From: Candidatus Cloacimonadota bacterium
GTDB lineage: Bacteria > Cloacimonadota > Cloacimonadia > G963667145
Length of the DNA stretch: 64,000 bases
Assembly (NCBI GenBank): GCA_963676615.1
Contig: OY781092.1
Location: forward strand, 512,001 to 576,000
Direction of reading: 5' to 3'
Position 1 is the stretch's first letter; every line of letters begins with the position of its first letter. Of the stretch, positions 58,848 through 64,000 are shown piece after piece. A program made the position numbers and the translations under genes. Under the pieces are notes generated by a model. That model worked only from the letters and a program-made list of their open reading frames with translations, was not told the DNA's origin and ran no database searches.

Positions 58848-60104
58848 ATGGTAGTTTGTAAATTTGGCGGAACATCTTTGGCGGACGCCTCGAAAATAAA
58901 AGATGTGGCGAAGATTGTTAAAAATATTTCGGGAACTCAGATGGTGGTCGTTTCGGCTCCTGGGAAAAGGTTTGACGACGATATAAAAGTGACAGATTTA
59001 CTTTACGATTTGGCTGCTAATTCTGCAAACAAATCCCAATTTGAGCAAATATTTTTTCAGATAAAGAGCAGGTTTGAGCAAATGATAGCTGATTTGAGTG
59101 TAGAAGGAAAAGCGGTGTTAGAAGCGCTGAATTCTATTGCTCAAGAGATTTTGCAAGGCGTGAGTCAAGATTTTATCGCGTCTCGTGGCGAGTATCTCAA
59201 CGCTCTGCTCATCAGCGAATATTTGGATTTTCGGTTTGTGGACGCTACGGAATTTGTGCGGTTGACCGACGATGGAGGCATCGACCCTGTGACCTATGAG
59301 CTGGGGAAAAAAGTTTTGGATGTTAGCAAGCCGACGGTCGTTCCTGGCTTTTATGGATTGGACAAAAATAGCAACATCAAAACATTTTCGCGCGGCGGCT
59401 CGGACATCTCGGGCGCGATTTTGGCAGTGTGCGCCAAAGCCGATGTTTATCAAAACTGGACAGATGTGTCGGGCGTGATGAGCGCCGATCCTCGCATCGT
59501 CAAATCTCCGACTTTTGTTCCCGAGATAACCTACGCCGAGTTGCGCCAGATGGCGTGTTTTGGGACGAATGTTTTTCACAGCGAAGCTATCGCTCCTGTG
59601 GCAAAAGCGGGCATTTCCATTCAAGTGAAAAACACTCTGCAGCCAAACGATGCTGGCACGACGATTTCGTGCAAAAGAGATGTGGAAAAGATGCCGATTG
59701 CCGCTGTTTCGGGGCTGAAAGGACTTCGCAAAGTGCGGATAAATCAAGAGAATATGAACCAGCAAAAGTTGGCAAAATTTATCTCGGAGCTCAGCGATTT
59801 GGGCTTTAAGTCTATTTTCAGTCGATTTGCAGCCGATTTTGCCTATATTTACGGCAAAATTGAGATAGATAAATTGCCCGTTGGAATTGCGCCAAACACC
59901 GTTTTGTCCGAGAAAAAATACAGCGTTATTGGTTTGGTCGGTCAGGGGTTAAATTGGGAAAAAACTCTTAAATTTGTGCAAGATTTAGACCATTTGCCGA
60001 TAGTAGATTTTAGCTATGAGCAGGCTTCGACCACGGCAATTTTTGTGGTGGAAGACAGCAATTTTGAAAATATTTTGCAAGTTTTGTCCGATAAAATTAT
60101 TTGA
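58848..60104 (+). CDS. aspartate kinase with divergent C-terminal ACT region
   Basis: VCKFGGTSLAD, VVSAPGKR, IASRGEY, TFSRGGSDISGA and NWTDVSG.MSADPR motifs. Confidence 0.9.
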   Translation: MVVCKFGGTSLADASKIKDVAKIVKNISGTQMVVVSAPGKRFDDDIKVTDLLYDLAANSANKSQFEQIFFQIKSRFEQMIADLSVEGKAVLEALNSIAQEILQGVSQDFIASRGEYLNALLISEYLDFRFVDATEFVRLTDDGGIDPVTYELGKKVLDVSKPTVVPGFYGLDKNSNIKTFSRGGSDISGAILAVCAKADVYQNWTDVSGVMSADPRIVKSPTFVPEITYAELRQMACFGTNVFHSEAIAPVAKAGISIQVKNTLQPNDAGTTISCKRDVEKMPIAAVSGLKGLRKVRINQENMNQQKLAKFISELSDLGFKSIFSRFAADFAYIYGKIEIDKLPVGIAPNTVLSEKKYSVIGLVGQGLNWEKTLKFVQDLDHLPIVDFSYEQASTTAIFVVEDSNFENILQVLSDKII

Positions 60105-60244
60105 CAGAAAAAAAATCTAAAAGTTCAAAAAGTGTTGAAAAATAAAAAGTTCCAAAAAGAAATTGACATCAACATAACAATTTAGCTTTATGGTCTAAAT
60201 AGTGGGTTTATTAAGAGGTTGAGGCAACCTAAGGAGACCGAAAG

Positions 60245-61180
60245 TTGAAAAAAAGATGGTTTTTTAGTTTTGGACATGTTGAAAGGGCGAAAAATTACAC
60301 TTTTGCTTTTTCGAACAAGGTTCTTCTGTCTTTTGCTTTTCTCCTTTTTTTGGTTTTGGCTTTCGGGATTTGGAAGGCGAGCGCTATTGGGCTATATTTT
60401 GATAAGATTGCTCAGCAAAAAAAATTGGAGAAAGAGAACCGCATTCTCAGGAGCCAACTATCTGAGTTTAATCAAGTTTTGGATTCTGTGAAAGGTCAGC
60501 TGGGGGCAATTCGGGCTTGGGAGAGCGAGATTCGTGAGCAACGGAATTTCAAGCCAGTTGATCCGCAAATTCGACAAATGGGTATCGGTGGTGTTCCGAC
60601 ACTTGATAGCGCTACATCGGAGCTTAACTCTGATTTGAGGCTCGATTGCGCTTTTTTAAAGTTGCAACTGGAAGAGCTGACGGCGAAGGTGAATTTGGAA
60701 GTCGATTTAATGTCCGAGTTGAAAAAAAACAGCGATTTTCGCCGCGATATGTATGACAATACTCCCACAATTTATCCTGTATATGGTTATGTAACAAGCC
60801 CTTATGGCTATCGCATTCATCCGATTTTGGGCAAGAAGATTTTTCACGAGGGGATAGATATCGCCAACAAAACTGGCACTTTTGTGCACGCTACGGCTGA
60901 CGGGGTGATAATTCGCTCTAAAGTTGACGGCAAAGGCAGTTTTGGCAATAATGTGATTATTCGACACAAATACGGCTTTTCGACTCGCTATGCGCATTTG
61001 TCTAAGGTGCTAGTGAAAAGATGGCAGCGGGTGAAAAAGGGCGATGTGATAGGCTATATGGGCTCTACGGGCAGATCAACTGGTTCGCATTTGCATTACG
61101 AGGTGCGCAGATATGGCAGATACAGAGACCCAGAGCCTTACCTCATCAAATCCACCGATTTGAATTTAGCGTCAAAATAG
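60245..61180 (+). CDS. M23 family metallopeptidase (membrane-anchored, coiled coil)
   Basis: TM helix, coiled coil, HEGIDIA, TRYAHL and GSTGRSTGSHLHYEV motifs. Confidence 0.92.
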   Translation: MKKRWFFSFGHVERAKNYTFAFSNKVLLSFAFLLFLVLAFGIWKASAIGLYFDKIAQQKKLEKENRILRSQLSEFNQVLDSVKGQLGAIRAWESEIREQRNFKPVDPQIRQMGIGGVPTLDSATSELNSDLRLDCAFLKLQLEELTAKVNLEVDLMSELKKNSDFRRDMYDNTPTIYPVYGYVTSPYGYRIHPILGKKIFHEGIDIANKTGTFVHATADGVIIRSKVDGKGSFGNNVIIRHKYGFSTRYAHLSKVLVKRWQRVKKGDVIGYMGSTGRSTGSHLHYEVRRYGRYRDPEPYLIKSTDLNLASK

Positions 61181-61263
61181 TTTTTACCAGTTTTTTTTAC
61201 TTCAAAATTTGTCTAGTTTGGGTAGATTTGGAGTAAATTTTTTGTATTTAGGGTTTGTCGATT

Positions 61264-61461
61264 ATGAAGAAAAGTTTTGAGCAGAGCGTTAAGCAGATTG
61301 ATGAAATCGTGGAGAAGTTGGAGAACAGCGATTTGGAGTTTGATCAAATTTTGGAGCTTTACAAGCAGGGACAAGATTTGGTTAAAGAGTGTAAAAAAAA
61401 GTTGGAAGTTGTTGAGAACAAGTTGATAGAGCTGGATAAGGAGCAAATCAAGGGTGTATAA
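61264..61461 (+). CDS. xseB: exodeoxyribonuclease VII small subunit
   Basis: SFEQSVKQIDEIVEKLE...LYKQG...C; precedes ispA. Confidence 0.88.
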   Translation: MKKSFEQSVKQIDEIVEKLENSDLEFDQILELYKQGQDLVKECKKKLEVVENKLIELDKEQIKGV

Positions 61462-62338
61462 AGCTTTAAAAAAAGATCTAAAAAAGATACGAGAGACCGT
61501 CAATATTCAAATTGATCGGTTTTTGCCTCGCAAAGATGAGTATCCAAAAAATATCCACAAAGCGATTCGGCATTCGCTTTTTGCAGGCGGCAAGGGCATT
61601 CGTAGCTATTTGCTGGTGAAAATTTATTCGATTTTCAAAGACGATTTGGACACCGTTTTGCCTCTTGCAGCTGCTTTGGAGATGTTGCACACCTACACTT
61701 TGATTCACGACGATTTGCCGTATCTGGATAATGACGATTTTCGCCGTGGCAAGCCGACTTGCCACAAACTTTTTGGTGATGATATAGCTCTTTTGTCCGG
61801 CGATACTTTGCTGATTTACGCTTTCGATATTGTTTCGCAGATGGAGATTTCGGAAAAATTGAAGGCGGAAATTTTGCAAAAAATGACGAAAATGGCTGGA
61901 GCGCAAGGGCTGGTTGGCGGACAATGGGAAGATATAAATTGTCAGGGTAAAAAGGTCGATAAGCAAATGCTTTCGTATATTCACAAAAACAAAACTGCTG
62001 GTTTTATTGAACTTACGGCGACTTTGGCTTGTATGTTGGCGCAGGTTTCTCAAGAAGATCGAGAGCTTTTGGAGGAGTTTGCGGGCAATGTGGGGCTTTC
62101 GTTTCAGATTGTGGACGATATTTTGGATATAGAGGGGACTTTTCAGGAGCGAGGCAAGTCGATTGGCAAAGATCAAGAAGCACAAAAGGTGACCTATCCA
62201 GCGTTGTATGGTTTGCAGGAGTCGAAAAATCAGGTGGAGCAGATGATGCAACGGGCGAAAGAGATTTTGACAAAATACCACGATAAAGCTTTGATGTTGC
62301 AACGGTTTACCGACTATCTTTATTTGAGTAAATGGTAA
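61454..62338 (+). CDS. ispA: polyprenyl (farnesyl/geranylgeranyl) diphosphate synthase
   Basis: GGKGIR, LIHDDLP..DNDDFRRGKPT, GQWED, KTA and FQIVDDILD motifs. Confidence 0.92.
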   Translation: MYKALKKDLKKIRETVNIQIDRFLPRKDEYPKNIHKAIRHSLFAGGKGIRSYLLVKIYSIFKDDLDTVLPLAAALEMLHTYTLIHDDLPYLDNDDFRRGKPTCHKLFGDDIALLSGDTLLIYAFDIVSQMEISEKLKAEILQKMTKMAGAQGLVGGQWEDINCQGKKVDKQMLSYIHKNKTAGFIELTATLACMLAQVSQEDRELLEEFAGNVGLSFQIVDDILDIEGTFQERGKSIGKDQEAQKVTYPALYGLQESKNQVEQMMQRAKEILTKYHDKALMLQRFTDYLYLSKW

Positions 62339-62769
62339 AAGTTAAGTTCAAAAAGTTGGCAGAAAATGCTCAACTTCCCAAAAGAATGAGCAAGGACGCC
62401 GCTGGGGCTGATGTTTGTGCTTGTCTTGATGAAGATTTGCTGGTTGCAGCGGGCGAAGTTACGCTTGTGCCGTGCGGTTTTGCTATGGCGTTGCCCAAAG
62501 GTTACGAGGCGCAAATCCGTCCACGAAGCGGCTTGGCGCTAAAAAATGGCATCGGCGTTTTGAACTCTCCCGGCACGATAGACGCCGATTACAGAGGCGA
62601 AGTAAAGGTGATTTTGGCAAATTTTGGCAAAGAAAATTTTGTGATAAAAAACGGCGATAGAGTTGCTCAGATGGTGATAGCGCAGGTGCCAGGAGTGAGT
62701 TTTGAGTGCGTGCAAGAGCTGGATGCGACTGAGCGAGGCAGCGGCGGTTTTGGTCACACAAGAGTGTAG
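62332..62769 (+). CDS. dut: dUTP diphosphatase
   Basis: AGAD, RPRSGLA, GTIDADYRGE, GDRVAQ and RGSGGFGHT motifs. Confidence 0.96.
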   Translation: MVKVKFKKLAENAQLPKRMSKDAAGADVCACLDEDLLVAAGEVTLVPCGFAMALPKGYEAQIRPRSGLALKNGIGVLNSPGTIDADYRGEVKVILANFGKENFVIKNGDRVAQMVIAQVPGVSFECVQELDATERGSGGFGHTRV

Positions 62770-62787
62770 TTTGAGATAGGAGCGTTT

Positions 62788-64000
62788 ATGGCGACATTAA
62801 GGAAGAGGATTGTTGAGGAGATTGACAGGCTTAAAGAGCTGAATAAGAGTATTTTAGCGGAACACGGAGACAAAGAAATTTGTAAAGTTACACCGAAAAA
62901 TATTTTTGCGGGAATGCGAGGAATTGTCGAGGTCGTTTGCAACACCTCTTATGTTGACGCTCAAAAAGGGCTGATAATCAAGGGCTACACGCTGGATCAG
63001 CTCGCTGGCAAAAAAGCGGAAGAGGTCTTTTTTCTGCTTTGCACGGGCGTTTTGCCCGATAAAGAGGAGCTGCGCTGTTTTCAGAAAAATTTGGCGCTTC
63101 GTTCAAGCGTCCCTAGGGAAGTTTGGAATGTCCTTTTTGCTTTGCCGGACAACACGCACCCGATGACGATGTTCAGCATTGCGATTTTGGTTTTGGAACG
63201 AGAGTCGGTTTTTCGCACCAAATACGAAGAGGGTTTGCGGAAAAAAGATTTTTGGAAGTCAACTTTGGAAGATTGTCTGGAGCTGATAGCAAAAGTGCCG
63301 AGTATCGCCGCGGCAATTTATCGGATTCGTTACGAAAAAGACGACCTAATCACCAGCTATGACGACGAGCTGGATTGGTCGGCAAATTTTGCCAATATGC
63401 TGGGTGTGGACACTCCCGACGAGGATGTCTTTGCTGATTTGATGAGGCTATTTTTGGTGCTGCATTGCGACCACGAGGGCTGTAACGCCAGCGCTTTTAC
63501 CACTCGGGTGGTTAGCTCAACTTTGTCCGACTGCTATCGGGCTGTTTCGTCGGGGCTGAACGCCTTGGCTGGACCTCTGCACGGGCTCGCCAATCAAAAC
63601 GCGCTGAAATTTATTTTGAACATAAAAGACAGATTCGACGGTTGCCCGAACAAAGAACAGCTTACCAAATATCTGCAAGGCTGGCTGGAAACAGGAAAAG
63701 TCATCCCTGGCTATGGTCACGCTGTTTTGCGAAGCACAGATCCAAGATTTTTGGAGATCAAAAAGTTTGCCGATAAGCATTTGCCAAACGACAATTTGAT
63801 TAAAATCGTCAATTTGATGAGCGAGGTCGCGCCAGTTGTCCTCAAGGAACAAGGCAAAGCGAGTTCGATTTATCCCAATGTTGACGCTATCTCAGGAGCG
63901 GTTCTCTACGCTCTAGGTTTGGAGCGGTTCGACTATTACACCGTGATTTTTGGAGTCTCCAGAATTTTGGGATTTTGCGCACAACTTATTATCGCAAGGG
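62788..64000 (+). CDS. gltA: citrate (Si)-synthase, eukaryote-type; partial, runs off the window and is absent from the ORF track
   Basis: manual translation MATLRKRIVEE...GMRGI...HPMTMF...DWSANFANML...HCDHEGCNASA...AGPLHGLANQ...PGYGHAVLR.TDPR...PNVDA; AGGAG RBS. Confidence 0.92.
   Translation, partial: MATLRKRIVEEIDRLKELNKSILAEHGDKEICKVTPKNIFAGMRGIVEVVCNTSYVDAQKGLIIKGYTLDQLAGKKAEEVFFLLCTGVLPDKEELRCFQKNLALRSSVPREVWNVLFALPDNTHPMTMFSIAILVLERESVFRTKYEEGLRKKDFWKSTLEDCLELIAKVPSIAAAIYRIRYEKDDLITSYDDELDWSANFANMLGVDTPDEDVFADLMRLFLVLHCDHEGCNASAFTTRVVSSTLSDCYRAVSSGLNALAGPLHGLANQNALKFILNIKDRFDGCPNKEQLTKYLQGWLETGKVIPGYGHAVLRSTDPRFLEIKKFADKHLPNDNLIKIVNLMSEVAPVVLKEQGKASSIYPNVDAISGAVLYALGLERFDYYTVIFGVSRILGFCAQLIIAR

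Noticed and set aside
49412..60104. ectoine biosynthesis cluster
   Set aside because: ask, asd and an ectB-like gene are present, but there is no EctA acetyltransferase or EctC synthase, while an importer, hydrolase and deacetylase are present.
1..64000. CRISPR array, rRNA, IS transposase, prophage or group II intron
   Set aside because: No regularly spaced repeats, rRNA-like tracts, or transposase/integrase/RT motifs were seen.

Overview
Mostly housekeeping chromosome of a Gram-negative (lpxH-like gene), probably anaerobic and fermentative bacterium (ackA, PPi-type PFK, eukaryote-type citrate synthase). The lineage cannot be fixed from this window; a Cloacimonadota/FCB-type organism is only a guess. 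Core genes include ndk, ackA, ffh, gap, aspS, uppS-cdsA-rsmA, two PFKs, tRNA-Arg/acpS/tRNA-Ser, infC-rpmI-rplT-pheST-zapB-zapA-6S RNA-rny-ymdB-folD and xseB-ispA-dut-gltA. The main discovery candidate is a 10-gene cluster (49.4-60.1 kb). It combines a TeaABC-like TRAP importer and a DoeA/EutD ectoine hydrolase with an M20 deacetylase, a Dat/EctB-type transaminase, phosphorylating Asd and an aspartokinase with eroded ACT domains, under an IclR regulator. It has no DoeC, DoeB, EnuR, EctA or EctC. This suggests, by inference, an anaerobic ectoine catabolism that runs the Ask-Asd-EctB biosynthetic trunk backwards and conserves ATP by substrate-level phosphorylation. Other oddities: a ~360-bp non-coding element in two near-identical copies that folds into a long rod, a low-GC 1600-aa exonuclease-RecQ-UvrD triple fusion, a tandem DUF1566 pair, an orphan AddB-like nuclease, and a TPR gene split at an A7 tract.
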